Numbered from the stretch's first letter, positions 26,034-36,527 are shown. The stretch is DNA of 64,000 nt from Bacteroidales bacterium (GCA_020438135.1 JAGQVF010000025.1:2108-66107); one strand, 5' to 3'. A program made the numbers and translations. The notes: generated by a model from the sequence alone, not told the origin.

Positions 26034-28418
26034 TTAAGGTAATTGTGTTCCACGCCCAAGGTTCGGATACCAGAATTCATCCTTATCCTGATTGTCTGAT
26101 TGTCCATCCATGTTGGTATCCGAACTTTTATATCCGGATGTTCCTGATTCCATATCCCATAAACCCGACTTATCTGTTTCATCTACAATTCCATCCGCAT
26201 TCACATCTCCTGAAACCATTCCCCAGGTATTGACGGCAATTTCCTTTTGAGCATCCGCACCTCCATAGGCATTCATGGCTTCTGATGAAAAATCCCATGA
26301 ATACACCCCTTTGTCATAATCGGGTGGACCTGATGTTAGCACAGGGAGGTGGTTTCTATGGTGAATCGAAAGGAATAAATCGTGATCAACAGAAGTGTCG
26401 AAACCGATTTTGGAATGGCCGTCCATACCTGTTATCGTTCCGTTTCCATGAAGCAATGCCGCTATTCGACCAATAGCTGCCTCATCCACAGAAGCGGAAG
26501 CAGATGTTGTATCATATAATGTGATCAATACCCAATCCGTAATATCTCCCGGCATAACATCATCAACCATTTCCTCGCCTGCATAATTCCAGGGTGGATT
26601 GTTAAACGGTTGACCAGGTGGCATAAACTCGGGATTTAAATCCGTGTACATACCAGTCTCTCCAAAAGGACCTTCTAAAAACACTTTGAGATCAAGCAGC
26701 TTTTTGTGTTTTACATTTCCAATTTTATTCATCACATAATTCCCCGGATCGATATCAACAAAGGTGATCTCTTTGTCGAAAACAAAACGATAAACAGTGT
26801 CGTTTTGGAGCTGATCAAAGCGTAAAACAGAATCGCCACCGGCAAAATACAGTTTAAACTCTACAGGGATTTCGAAAAATAGCGTAACGGCTGAAGATGT
26901 GCTTTGGCTTACCTCAAGCCATGCCGTATCTGCATCCTGCCACCAGGTGAGGTCATAAATAGGATAACCTTCGCCATAATACCACTGATCAAAAAAATGG
27001 GTAAAATCGATTCCTGAAATTTCCTGGCATTTATCTCTGAAATCGGCTCCTGTAGCAACACTGTCAGCATATTGCTGCTGAAATTCATACAAAGTCTTAA
27101 AAAACAATGAGTCATTATTCATCATGTAACGGATCATATGCACGACAGCACTTCCCTTGCGATAACTCAGGCGCGTGCTAAAAATTCTTGACCAGTTATC
27201 GAGTGATGATTCGGGTACATAAACCGACCCCCCGCTACTGGTCATAGCATAGTTCTGGTAAGCAATGATCTGGTTATCGGCATCGGCTTTTCCATAAAAA
27301 CCTTCACGGACCAGGTATTGAATATAGGTTGCAAAACCTTCGTTGATCCACACATCACTCCAGGTTGCACAGGTTACATTGTCGCCAAACCAAGAGTGCC
27401 CCAGTTCATGTGAAATTAGCAAAAATCCCAAACCGCGCATACCACTCATGGTAATGTGTTCCATTCCTGAAAAATTTGCAGGATACCACATGTAATGCCC
27501 GTATTTCTCTTTATAAAAAGGAAACAATCCCAGCTGGTTCGATAACTGCTCAATCATGTCAGCCGTGTAGTCGATATTCGTTTTATTATCTGCCAGAATC
27601 CCCGGATAATCAAAAAGGTAGTTTTGGATCAGTATGGAATCGTTTGGAAGACTGTCGGGTTTTGCATAGATATTATATTCCTCGTAATCAGACACAGCAA
27701 AGAAAATGAGATAAAACGCCGTCGATAAATTGGTTCTCCATTCGTGCCTCACTTTATTGTTCGGTAGCGGAACTTCGGTAAGCAATCCCGGACCGGCAAC
27801 TTTCAGGTTACTGTTCGTAGTAATAAAAATATGCACCGAATCAGCTTTGTCATGCAGTTCCTGTTTCATGGGCATCCATTCATGAGCAAAATAGGGTTCT
27901 GAGAAAGTCTGGCTCACCGGAAAATTACCGTAAGTAGCGTGCTGTGATGCTGAATAGTAAATACTCGAATAATCAACAGGTGTGTGATAAAATAATTTAA
28001 ATTCGATATAATCTCCTTCAGATGCCGGAGAATCCAGCGTAACAAAAATGTTATCGTCGATATGATTGAAAGCAGAGAAGTTTCCGTTTATAAATACCGA
28101 ATCTGCAGACAGTTTATGGCTTAGCTCAATTGAAAACGTATCCATTTCAGAGGCAGAAACCTGAACAAAAACGATGGCATTTCCACTAAATTGATTGGTT
28201 GTATCGTAAGCTTCAAGGTCCAGTTTGTAGAACTTTACATCATACAGATTAACAAGCGGATTGGGGTTGATAATCGATTCGAAAGGTGAAGGCAAATCCT
28301 TGTGATAAAATTTACAGATATGTTCCGGTTCATCTTCATCAAATAAGTGTTCTTGACCTTGAGCGAAATTCACAGTAAAACATCCGAAAGTCAGCAATAG
28401 AAGTAACAAGTTTTTCAT
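26034..28418 (-). CDS. M1 family metallopeptidase (aminopeptidase N-like) with the shared C-terminal module
   Basis: 794 aa with a signal peptide. The HELGHSWFGD zincin motif is followed by WINEGFATY. The last 220 aa are homologous to the C-terminus of 11560..14133. Confidence 0.85.
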   Translation of the reverse strand: MKNLLLLLLTFGCFTVNFAQGQEHLFDEDEPEHICKFYHKDLPSPFESIINPNPLVNLYDVKFYKLDLEAYDTTNQFSGNAIVFVQVSASEMDTFSIELSHKLSADSVFINGNFSAFNHIDDNIFVTLDSPASEGDYIEFKLFYHTPVDYSSIYYSASQHATYGNFPVSQTFSEPYFAHEWMPMKQELHDKADSVHIFITTNSNLKVAGPGLLTEVPLPNNKVRHEWRTNLSTAFYLIFFAVSDYEEYNIYAKPDSLPNDSILIQNYLFDYPGILADNKTNIDYTADMIEQLSNQLGLFPFYKEKYGHYMWYPANFSGMEHITMSGMRGLGFLLISHELGHSWFGDNVTCATWSDVWINEGFATYIQYLVREGFYGKADADNQIIAYQNYAMTSSGGSVYVPESSLDNWSRIFSTRLSYRKGSAVVHMIRYMMNNDSLFFKTLYEFQQQYADSVATGADFRDKCQEISGIDFTHFFDQWYYGEGYPIYDLTWWQDADTAWLEVSQSTSSAVTLFFEIPVEFKLYFAGGDSVLRFDQLQNDTVYRFVFDKEITFVDIDPGNYVMNKIGNVKHKKLLDLKVFLEGPFGETGMYTDLNPEFMPPGQPFNNPPWNYAGEEMVDDVMPGDITDWVLITLYDTTSASASVDEAAIGRIAALLHGNGTITGMDGHSKIGFDTSVDHDLFLSIHHRNHLPVLTSGPPDYDKGVYSWDFSSEAMNAYGGADAQKEIAVNTWGMVSGDVNADGIVDETDKSGLWDMESGTSGYKSSDTNMDGQSDNQDKDEFWYPNLGRGTQLP
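26037..26696 (-). other. Shared C-terminal module, copy 2 (220 aa)
   Basis: LDLKVFLEGPF...PWNYAGEE...DWVLITL...IHHRNH...YGG...GDVNADGIVDETDK...SDTNMDGQSDNQDK...GRGTQLP. It is collinear with copy 1. Confidence 0.6.
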
Positions 28419-28476
28419 GTCAGGAATTTTTTAATGTAACAGTGTAAAGAAATAATTGTTAGTTAAACCGCAATTG

Positions 28477-28484
28477 CAAAGATA
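28477..28484 (-). promoter_or_regulatory. -7 promoter box (TATCTTTG on the minus strand) for the M1 peptidase
   Basis: GCAAAGATA lies 59 nt upstream of the 28418 start. Confidence 0.4.
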
Positions 28485-28555
28485 GTTAAGAGCTTTGTAA
28501 ATGTTTGTTTATTCCTAAAAAACAGGGGAAGTTTAGCACTCCTCAAATAAAAATT

Positions 28556-28563
28556 TAATTTTG
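28556..28563 (+). promoter_or_regulatory. -7 promoter box TAATTTTG for selU
   Basis: It lies 14 nt upstream of the 28577 ATG. Confidence 0.4.
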
Positions 28564-28576
28564 TGTAAACTCTTGT

Positions 28577-29620
28577 ATGACCTATCTGGATGCAGCCGGT
28601 TTCCTTATTTCCGGGGATAACTCCCCGGTAGTTGATGTGCGCTCTCCCTCAGAATTTGCTCAGGGACATATCCCCGGAGCCTTTAATATTCCGCTTTTCG
28701 ACGATGAAGAAAGAAAAATAGTTGGCACTTTGTATAAAAAGGCAGGCAGAGAGGCTGCGCTTATGAAAGGACTTGATCTGGCCGGGCCCAAAATGTCAGG
28801 ATTCATCAAACAGATCAGGAAAATTGCACCGCGGCGCAAAGTCCGTTTACATTGTTGGCGGGGAGGCATGAGAAGTAAGAACATGGCCTGGTTGTTCGAA
28901 ACCGTAGGTGTAGAAACCAGTATCCTCGAAGGAGGTTATAAAGCTTACAGGCGATTTATCAGGGAAAAACTTGGAGCAGATGTTGCACTTCTGGTTGTTG
29001 GTGGTAAAACAGGTAGCGGGAAAACTGCAATCTTACATGCCCTTCAGAAATCGGGGCAGCAGGTCCTCGACCTGGAAGGTTTGGCGAATCACAAGGGATC
29101 AGCTTTTGGAGATCTCGGCCAACCTGATCAACCGACTAACGAGCAATTTGAAAATAATATATATCACGTTTTGAAAACCTTTGATCATTCCAAACCGGTT
29201 TGGCTGGAAGATGAAAGCAGGGGCATCGGCAGGGTTAGCATCCCTGAACCGTTATTCCTACGTATCAGAAACAGTCATTTGTTGTTTCTTGAAGTGCCGA
29301 AACATTACAGAATTAACAGATTGGTGAATGAGTATGCCGGATTTGACAGAAATAAACTGATTGAAGCCATAAAAAGGATTTCAGATAAACTGGGAGGCTT
29401 AAATGCAAAACTTGCGGAAGAAGCGCTCTATCGCAATGACTTCGAAACTGCTGCATCGATCTTGTTGGTTTATTATGACAAAAATTACCTGAAAGGAATG
29501 CAGTTACGTAATACAGAAAAAGTAAGCCGGATCGAAACAAATACTGGAAAACCATTTGAAAATGCTGCTTTACTGGTGGCATTTTTGAATTCATATTACG
29601 GTAAACCGAAAATACATTAA
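28577..29620 (+). CDS. selU: tRNA 2-selenouridine synthase
   Basis: The rhodanese domain has the catalytic loop HCWRGGMRS. It is followed by the P-loop GGKTGSGKT, and the length (347 aa) fits. Confidence 0.88.
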   Translation: MTYLDAAGFLISGDNSPVVDVRSPSEFAQGHIPGAFNIPLFDDEERKIVGTLYKKAGREAALMKGLDLAGPKMSGFIKQIRKIAPRRKVRLHCWRGGMRSKNMAWLFETVGVETSILEGGYKAYRRFIREKLGADVALLVVGGKTGSGKTAILHALQKSGQQVLDLEGLANHKGSAFGDLGQPDQPTNEQFENNIYHVLKTFDHSKPVWLEDESRGIGRVSIPEPLFLRIRNSHLLFLEVPKHYRINRLVNEYAGFDRNKLIEAIKRISDKLGGLNAKLAEEALYRNDFETAASILLVYYDKNYLKGMQLRNTEKVSRIETNTGKPFENAALLVAFLNSYYGKPKIH

Positions 29621-29647
29621 CAACATCTCATTTAATTATCATTGATT

Positions 29648-31858
29648 ATGGATCCCATATACCTGGATTACAACGCAACAACACCGATTGATAAAGAAGT
29701 AGCGTCAGCCATGCGGCCCTATTTGGATCAATACTTCGGAAATCCTTCCAGTGTTCACAGTTTTGGAGTTCAGGCTAAAAAAGCAGTGATCAAAGCCAGG
29801 GCACAGGTTGCCGGTTTGATTGGTTGTTTGCCGGAAGAGGTCATATTTACCAGCGGAGGAACTGAATCCAATAATTACGCACTCAAAGGTTTTGCTTTCG
29901 CCAACCGCGATAAGGGTAATCACATCATCACCTCGGAAATTGAACATCCTGCAGTACTTGAGGTTTGTGCCTATCTTGAAAAAAACGGATTCAGCATTAC
30001 CTATGTAAGCGTTGACGAATTCGGTCGGATAGATCCAAAGGATGTTGCACATGCAATCCTTCCCAATACAATTTTGATCTCTGTGATGCATGCCAATAAC
30101 GAGGTTGGCACCATTCAACCGATCCGCGAAATCGCAAAGATCGCACATGACAATCACATAATATTCCATACCGACGCCGCCCAATCAACCGGCAAAGTAC
30201 ACGTGGATGTAAATGATCTTGATGTTGATATGCTTTCAATTGCCGGACATAAACTATATGCTCCTAAAGGAATAGGAGCACTGTATGTTAGGCAGGGTAT
30301 TCTGCTTGAAAAGTTAATTCACGGCGCTGATCACGAGATGAACCGGAGAGCAGGAACTGAAAATCTGCTGGAAATTGTTGGACTTGGAAAGGCTTGTGAA
30401 ATTGCAGGTGATAAACTGCACCAAAACATCGAAAAGATGCAACAGACCCGTGATCTGCTCTTTGCCAAATTGAAGGATGCTTTGCCTGAGATCAAACGCA
30501 ACGGACACCCCACCTTTTGTCTTCCGAATACCCTGAGCATCAGCTTCCCGGGAATTGAAGCCAATACTCTTCTTTCTGAGCTGAGCCAGGTAGCTGCATC
30601 TGCCGGTGCTGCTTGTCATACCGATTCTATAGACATTAGTGCGGTTCTCACAGCCATAAAGCTGCCTGAGCACTTTGCTATGGGTACCATCCGGTTCAGT
30701 ACGGGTAAGCAAACCACATCTGAAGAAATTACTGAAGCGGCCGGCTATATTATCGATGTAGCTAAAAGATTAAAACCCGGATCCGGCAATATTACCGGGC
30801 CAATTCATACTGATCAGCGAATCAGGTTAACACAGTTTACACATGGTATGGGATGTGCATGTAAAATCAGGCCGCAATACCTCGAAAAGGTTTTACGCGA
30901 CTTTAGCCCTGTTACGGATCCCAATGTTCTTGTTTCCCTTCAATCTTCCGATGATGCTGCGGTATATAAAATTAATGAAAACACCGCCATCATTCAGTCG
31001 GTCGATTTTTTTACACCTGTAGCTGACGATCCGTATCATTTTGGCGCTATTGCGGCAGCCAATGCACTTAGCGATATTTATGCAATGGGTGGTAAGCCGG
31101 TTTTTGCCCTCAATATCGTAGGATTTCCTGATAACCGTTTGCCGGTGGAAGTTTTGCAGGCCATCCTCAGGGGAGCTGAAGATAAAGCTGCTGAAGCGGG
31201 AATTCATATCCTTGGCGGGCACACGGTAGAAGACACTGAACCCAAGTTCGGTATGGCAGTTACAGGTATCATTCATCCGGATAAAATATTGAAAAACAAT
31301 ACGGGTAAATCCGGCGATCTATTGATCCTGACCAAGCCCATCGGAACAGGAATAATTGCTACGGCTGTTAAGAGAGGTTTGGCCAATGATGAACAATCCG
31401 CAGAAGCAATCGAAACGATGAGCGAATTGAATAATATTGCTGCTGAATGCATGCAAAACTATACCATACATGCATGTACAGATATCACCGGTTTCGGATT
31501 GCTAGGGCATCTGAAAGAAATGGTGGCATCCACCGGTGTTGGTGCCAAAATTTACGCAGATCGGGTGCCTTATTTACCCGGTGTCAGAGAGCTGGCTTCA
31601 AATGGAATTGTTCCCGGAGGAACTGAAAACAACCTTCAATTTGTTTCCGGTTTTGTAATTTGGGATGAAAGTATCTCTCAAACTGAAAAACTGATGCTTA
31701 CTGATGCGCAAACTTCAGGTGGATTGTTGATGGCTGTTCCCGTTAAATATGCAGAAGCTATCCGTTCAGATTTAATCCAGAGAGGATTGTCCCGTACGTC
31801 AATAATAGGTGAATTAACAATTGACCGTCCCGGCAAAATTTCCGTTGTCATTAACTAA
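29648..31858 (+). CDS. selD: Fusion protein: NifS-like cysteine desulfurase / selenocysteine lyase (N-terminal) plus selenide, water dikinase SelD (C-terminal)
   Basis: The N-terminal half reads YLDYNATTP...FTSGGTESNN...HTDAAQS...SIAGHKLYAPKGIGALY (class V aminotransferase with a PLP lysine). The C-terminal half reads RLTQFTHGMGCACKI (SelD Cys/Lys loop, Cys type)...DDAAVY...D.FTP..DDP..FG.IAA.NALSDI.AMGG. It is a single uninterrupted ORF. Confidence 0.88.
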   Translation: MDPIYLDYNATTPIDKEVASAMRPYLDQYFGNPSSVHSFGVQAKKAVIKARAQVAGLIGCLPEEVIFTSGGTESNNYALKGFAFANRDKGNHIITSEIEHPAVLEVCAYLEKNGFSITYVSVDEFGRIDPKDVAHAILPNTILISVMHANNEVGTIQPIREIAKIAHDNHIIFHTDAAQSTGKVHVDVNDLDVDMLSIAGHKLYAPKGIGALYVRQGILLEKLIHGADHEMNRRAGTENLLEIVGLGKACEIAGDKLHQNIEKMQQTRDLLFAKLKDALPEIKRNGHPTFCLPNTLSISFPGIEANTLLSELSQVAASAGAACHTDSIDISAVLTAIKLPEHFAMGTIRFSTGKQTTSEEITEAAGYIIDVAKRLKPGSGNITGPIHTDQRIRLTQFTHGMGCACKIRPQYLEKVLRDFSPVTDPNVLVSLQSSDDAAVYKINENTAIIQSVDFFTPVADDPYHFGAIAAANALSDIYAMGGKPVFALNIVGFPDNRLPVEVLQAILRGAEDKAAEAGIHILGGHTVEDTEPKFGMAVTGIIHPDKILKNNTGKSGDLLILTKPIGTGIIATAVKRGLANDEQSAEAIETMSELNNIAAECMQNYTIHACTDITGFGLLGHLKEMVASTGVGAKIYADRVPYLPGVRELASNGIVPGGTENNLQFVSGFVIWDESISQTEKLMLTDAQTSGGLLMAVPVKYAEAIRSDLIQRGLSRTSIIGELTIDRPGKISVVIN

Positions 31859-31894
31859 AATTTATTGTATATTAGCGGGGTAAAATTAACCACC

Positions 31895-32338
31895 ATGGAG
31901 AACATAACAAGCTTTCAGTTGGTCCTCATTATCATAGGTTTTATTGCCCTGGTAACCGTACTTGTAGTAATTTTTTACAAACCAGCAAAAGAATTACAGG
32001 TACATTGTGAATTTACACCAAACCAGCAAAAACCTGATGGTCATCGTTTACAACTATCCGTTGAAAACACCGGAAAAGCAAAATTAAAAATGATGGCTCC
32101 ATTTATCAGGTTCATTCACGGTCCCAGCTCGCAAATTTATCAGTTGAAACCTGAGCAGGCACATTGTGCATTTCCAAAGTTGCTTAAGGTGGGAGATGTA
32201 GTCAGCTGCGATTTCGATTTGGATGATTTCAGGGATAAACTTAAAAAGAACGGATTCCATCCAACCCATGTGAAAATTGAAATAAAGGATACCGTGGGAA
32301 TGAAATTCAGTTCGCATTCCATCGATTACAAAATCTAA
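31895..32338 (+). CDS. Hypothetical N-terminally membrane-anchored protein
   Basis: There is one TM helix (FQLVLIIIGFIALVTVLVVIF) followed by a roughly 115-aa soluble domain. It is tightly linked downstream of selD. Confidence 0.45.
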   Translation: MENITSFQLVLIIIGFIALVTVLVVIFYKPAKELQVHCEFTPNQQKPDGHRLQLSVENTGKAKLKMMAPFIRFIHGPSSQIYQLKPEQAHCAFPKLLKVGDVVSCDFDLDDFRDKLKKNGFHPTHVKIEIKDTVGMKFSSHSIDYKI

Positions 32339-32473
32339 TTCTCCTTCATAAAAGTTAAGAAAGGATTAGGACTGGTTTTTTTATTTTATCCTGATCTTGT
32401 TGCAACTCTTTTTATCAACATCATTTTAAATTATCTGTCGATAATTCATCCTATCGAAGATTGCTTAAATGAT

Positions 32474-32481
32474 TAATTTTG
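32474..32481 (+). promoter_or_regulatory. -7 promoter box TAATTTTG
   Basis: It lies 17 nt upstream of the GTG start at 32498. Confidence 0.4.
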
Positions 32482-32497
32482 GCTGAAAATTGAAATT

Positions 32498-34780
32498 GTG
32501 AGTGATATATTACAGCACCTGAATAAGGAACAAAAAATGGCGGTTGAAGCTGTTGAAGGACCTGTGATGGTGATAGCCGGAGCAGGATCGGGCAAAACCA
32601 GGGTGCTTACTTACCGGGTGGCTCATTTATTGAATATGGGCATTGATCCTTTTAACATCCTGGCGCTTACCTTTACCAACAAAGCAGCCAGAGAAATGAA
32701 AGACCGGATTATTAAACTGGTCGGAAATGCCGATGCTAAAAATGTGTGGATGGGGACCTTTCATTCTGTTTTTGCAAGAATATTAAGAATTGAAGCCGGC
32801 CGAATCGGGTATCCCTCTAATTTTTCGATCTATGATTCAGATGATTCCAAAAGATTGATGAAGGCGATCCTGAAAGAGAATAACGTAAATGATAAGGTAT
32901 ACACCCCAAACCTTGTTCTGAACAGAATATCTTCTGCCAAAACAAATCTCATCACTGCCGATGAATACCTCGCCAACGACCAACTGAAACTACAGGACGA
33001 CATGTCTGCCAAACCGATGTTGGGGCAGCTTTACAAAATATACGATACACGCTGTAAACGTGCATCAGCAATGGACTTTGATGACTTGTTGCTGAATACA
33101 TACCTGATGCTAAAACGGTTTCCCGACCTTTTGTTGAAATACCAGCATAAATTCAGTTTTGTTCTTGTGGATGAGTACCAGGATACCAATCATGCACAAT
33201 ATATGATCCTGAAAATGTTGTCAGCAAATGATGAAAACCTTTGTGTGGTGGGTGATGATGCACAGAGCATCTACGCTTTCAGGGGGGCCAATATTCAAAA
33301 TATACTAAACTTCAAAAGGGATTACCCGGATGCACGGGAGTTTAAACTCGAACAAAATTACCGGTCGACTAAAAGCATTGTTAAAGCAGCAAATTCCATC
33401 ATTGTAAATAATAAAGATCAAATATTTAAAGAGATTTGGACCGATAACGATCAGGGTGACCGGATCACATTGATCAAAGCCAATTCGGATGGAGAAGAAG
33501 GTTCGCTCGTTGCCAATTCAATCTTCGAAAATAAGATGAATCTTCAGATCAACAACGATGCTTTTGCAATTCTTTACAGAACCAACGCCCAATCCCGGTC
33601 AATCGAAGAAGCGCTTCGACGCCTGAATATCCCATACAGGATTTACGGTGGATTATCTTTTTATAACCGAAAGGAGATCAAAGACCTGTTGGCATATTTC
33701 AGAATTTGTGTTAATCATAAGGATGAAGAGGCACTCAGAAGGATCATTAATTATCCGACCCGGGGAATCGGAAAAACAACCCAGGAAAATATTGTTGTAG
33801 TAGCCGACAAGGCAGGCGTTTCACAGTGGGAAGTTCTTGAAAATCCTCATCGGTTTGCCTTGAATGTTAATAGTGGGACCCTCAACAGGATCAATGCTTT
33901 TGTAACCATGATCAAAAGTTTCGCTGTTCATGTGAAGCAAAAAAACGCTTATGAGGTGGCCAGACTTATTGCCACTTCTTCCGGAATTATTAAAGAGCTT
34001 AGGGAAGATAGCACGCCTGAGGGAATCAGCCGACTCGAAAATATCGAAGAATTGCTGAATGCCATCAAAGAATATTCAGAACAGGGAACGGAACTTGTTC
34101 CGGGACAGGAAGACAAAGAGGAACAAACATCCCTGCGAACCCTCGACCTGTTTCTGCAGGAGGTTGCTCTGATTACTGATGCTGATACCAAAGATAAGGA
34201 TGATGCTGACAAGGTTTCCCTTATGACCATCCATGCTGCCAAAGGCCTTGAGTTTCCGTATGTATACCTGGTTGGACTGGAAGAAAACCTGTTCCCTTCA
34301 ATTCAGTCATTGAATTCAAGGGCTGATCTGGAAGAAGAAAGAAGGTTGTTTTATGTCGCCATTACCCGGGCCGAAAAGCGACTGTATATTTCTTATGCCG
34401 AAAATCGCTACAGATGGGGTAATTTAACGATATGTGAACCCAGTCGTTTTATCGAGGAGATCGATCAGGCCTGCCTGGAATACCCGCAGCGGATGCGAAG
34501 CCAGCCCATTGCTTCTGAAAAAGCTGTTCAACCGAAAAGTTTTAAACCTTCGGTGAAGAACCTTACCAAAATGAACAGTCAGAATATCGGGGGAGCTTAC
34601 GATAAAGATATCGCTGATAAAATACAACCCGGCGTTGAAGTTGAACATGCACGATTCGGAAGGGGCAAAGTGATCGGGGTTGATGGTGCCGGAGCAAGTA
34701 AAAAAGCAGCTGTGTTTTTTAAAAGTGTCGGACAAAAACAACTTTTGCTCAAATATGCCAAACTGAAGATATTAAATTAA
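32498..34780 (+). CDS. uvrD: ATP-dependent DNA helicase, UvrD/PcrA family (SF1)
   Basis: AGAGSGKT (Walker A), VDEYQDTN, VGDDAQSIYAFRGA, QNYRST, TIHAAKGLEF and YVAITRA are SF1 motifs I-VI. Confidence 0.9.
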   Translation: MSDILQHLNKEQKMAVEAVEGPVMVIAGAGSGKTRVLTYRVAHLLNMGIDPFNILALTFTNKAAREMKDRIIKLVGNADAKNVWMGTFHSVFARILRIEAGRIGYPSNFSIYDSDDSKRLMKAILKENNVNDKVYTPNLVLNRISSAKTNLITADEYLANDQLKLQDDMSAKPMLGQLYKIYDTRCKRASAMDFDDLLLNTYLMLKRFPDLLLKYQHKFSFVLVDEYQDTNHAQYMILKMLSANDENLCVVGDDAQSIYAFRGANIQNILNFKRDYPDAREFKLEQNYRSTKSIVKAANSIIVNNKDQIFKEIWTDNDQGDRITLIKANSDGEEGSLVANSIFENKMNLQINNDAFAILYRTNAQSRSIEEALRRLNIPYRIYGGLSFYNRKEIKDLLAYFRICVNHKDEEALRRIINYPTRGIGKTTQENIVVVADKAGVSQWEVLENPHRFALNVNSGTLNRINAFVTMIKSFAVHVKQKNAYEVARLIATSSGIIKELREDSTPEGISRLENIEELLNAIKEYSEQGTELVPGQEDKEEQTSLRTLDLFLQEVALITDADTKDKDDADKVSLMTIHAAKGLEFPYVYLVGLEENLFPSIQSLNSRADLEEERRLFYVAITRAEKRLYISYAENRYRWGNLTICEPSRFIEEIDQACLEYPQRMRSQPIASEKAVQPKSFKPSVKNLTKMNSQNIGGAYDKDIADKIQPGVEVEHARFGRGKVIGVDGAGASKKAAVFFKSVGQKQLLLKYAKLKILN

Positions 34781-34820
34781 TCCTGTAAAATTTACTGATC
34801 AATCTATAATTTAACTGCAT

Positions 34821-36527
34821 ATGAATGCTGCAAACTTTTCGCTGGTCGATTATCTGATTTTTATCACATACGGGGTTGTGATCGTCGGTATTGGGCTCTA
34901 TGTATCACGCACCAGGAAGGGTCACCAGCGGAATGCAGAAGATTATTTCCTGGCCGGAAAGTCGTTGCCCTGGTGGACCATCGGAGCATCGCTTATTGCA
35001 GCCAACATTTCGGCTGAGCAGTTTATCGGCATGTCCGGATCCGGATTTGCCATTGGACTTGCCATTGCTTCATACGAATGGATGGCAGCTCTTACATTGA
35101 TCATTGTCGGAAAGTTTTTCCTTCCCATCTTTATCGAAAAAAAACTCTATACCATTCCCCAGTTTCTTGAACAACGATACAGCACAAACCTTAAATCGAT
35201 ACTCGCTGTTTTCTGGATCGCCCTTTTTATTTTTGTAAATCTCACTTCAGTTCTCTACCTCGGTGCCAAAGCATTGGATACAATTTTAGGAAATGCAGAC
35301 GGTTCGATGTTGATTTATGCCGTCGTTGGCCTGGCACTTTTCGCAGCCGCTTATTCACTTTGGGGTGGATTGTCGGCTGTGGCCTGGACCGATGTGATTC
35401 AGGTGGCCCTTCTGGTGATCGGTGGGTTGATCACCACATTTATTGCACTCGATCATTTGGCTCCTAACGGTGGTGTAGCAGAGGGATTTAAAATTTTATA
35501 CAATAAAGTCCCTGAAAAATTTTCAATGATTCTGAGCAAGGGCGAAGTCATTACACCCAACGGTAAGGACGCCTATTTCGATCTGCCGGGATTGGCGGTA
35601 CTGATAGGAGGGATGTGGATTGCAAACCTTTACTATTGGGGATTTAATCAATATATCATCCAACGTACCCTGGCTGCAAAAAACCTGCGTGAATCGCAAC
35701 GCGGAATTGCATTTGCAGCCTTTATTAAACTGTTGATCCCTCTGATTGTTGTAATTCCCGGATTGGTTGCTTTTGCTATGAACAGCAGTCCCGGCGGCCT
35801 GGTAACCGGATCGTATGTAGATAGCACCTTTGTTACAGAAGCAGGTACCATCGACAACGACAGAGCTTTTCCATGGTTGATCAGTACCTTTATTCCAACA
35901 GGGTTAAAAGGACTCGTGCTGGCAGCGCTGGCTGCGGCCATTGTGTCGTCGCTGGCATCGATGCTTAACTCCACAGCTACAATTTTTACCATGGATATTT
36001 ATAAGCCATATTTCAATCGCAAGGCCGGCGACCGGCAAACCGTTGCAGTTGGTAGGATTACTGCTGCGGTATCGCTTGTCATTGCATGTTTCATGGCCCC
36101 CCTGCTCGGAAGCATACCACAGGCTTTTCAATTTATTCAGGAGTATACCGGAATTGTTAGTCCTGGAATACTTGCCATATTTATACTTGGCCTATTCTAT
36201 AAAAAAACAACTAATAATGCTGCCATCTGGGGTGCAATGCTTTCCATTCCAACGGCACTTTATTTTAAAACCGGCAGCAAGGGCTGGCTCGACAATACTG
36301 TTTTGGAGATGTTTTTTCCGAATTTACCCTGGATGCACCAAATGGGATTAACATTTTTAGTAGTGGTGGTTATTATCGTTGCTATAAGCTTTATTGAAAA
36401 CAAAGGGAAAAACGACAGCAAGGCGATTATCTTCAAACCCGGATTATTTAAAACGGGAAGCCGGTTCAACATCAGCGCCCTGATCATTTGTTTGATACTT
36501 GCCTTTTTATATGCCTTTTTCTGGTAA
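34821..36527 (+). CDS. Sodium:solute symporter (SSS/SGLT family)
   Basis: 568 aa with about 14 TM segments. YFLAGKSLPWW and GGLSAVAWTDVIQ are typical of SGLT-like symporters. Confidence 0.85.
   Translation: MNAANFSLVDYLIFITYGVVIVGIGLYVSRTRKGHQRNAEDYFLAGKSLPWWTIGASLIAANISAEQFIGMSGSGFAIGLAIASYEWMAALTLIIVGKFFLPIFIEKKLYTIPQFLEQRYSTNLKSILAVFWIALFIFVNLTSVLYLGAKALDTILGNADGSMLIYAVVGLALFAAAYSLWGGLSAVAWTDVIQVALLVIGGLITTFIALDHLAPNGGVAEGFKILYNKVPEKFSMILSKGEVITPNGKDAYFDLPGLAVLIGGMWIANLYYWGFNQYIIQRTLAAKNLRESQRGIAFAAFIKLLIPLIVVIPGLVAFAMNSSPGGLVTGSYVDSTFVTEAGTIDNDRAFPWLISTFIPTGLKGLVLAALAAAIVSSLASMLNSTATIFTMDIYKPYFNRKAGDRQTVAVGRITAAVSLVIACFMAPLLGSIPQAFQFIQEYTGIVSPGILAIFILGLFYKKTTNNAAIWGAMLSIPTALYFKTGSKGWLDNTVLEMFFPNLPWMHQMGLTFLVVVVIIVAISFIENKGKNDSKAIIFKPGLFKTGSRFNISALIICLILAFLYAFFW

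Noticed and set aside
32498-34780. The UvrD-family helicase was considered as part of a defence system.
   Set aside because: It is a lone full-length SF1 helicase with its own promoter. No nuclease, methylase or other defence partner is adjacent, so it is consistent with the housekeeping repair helicase.
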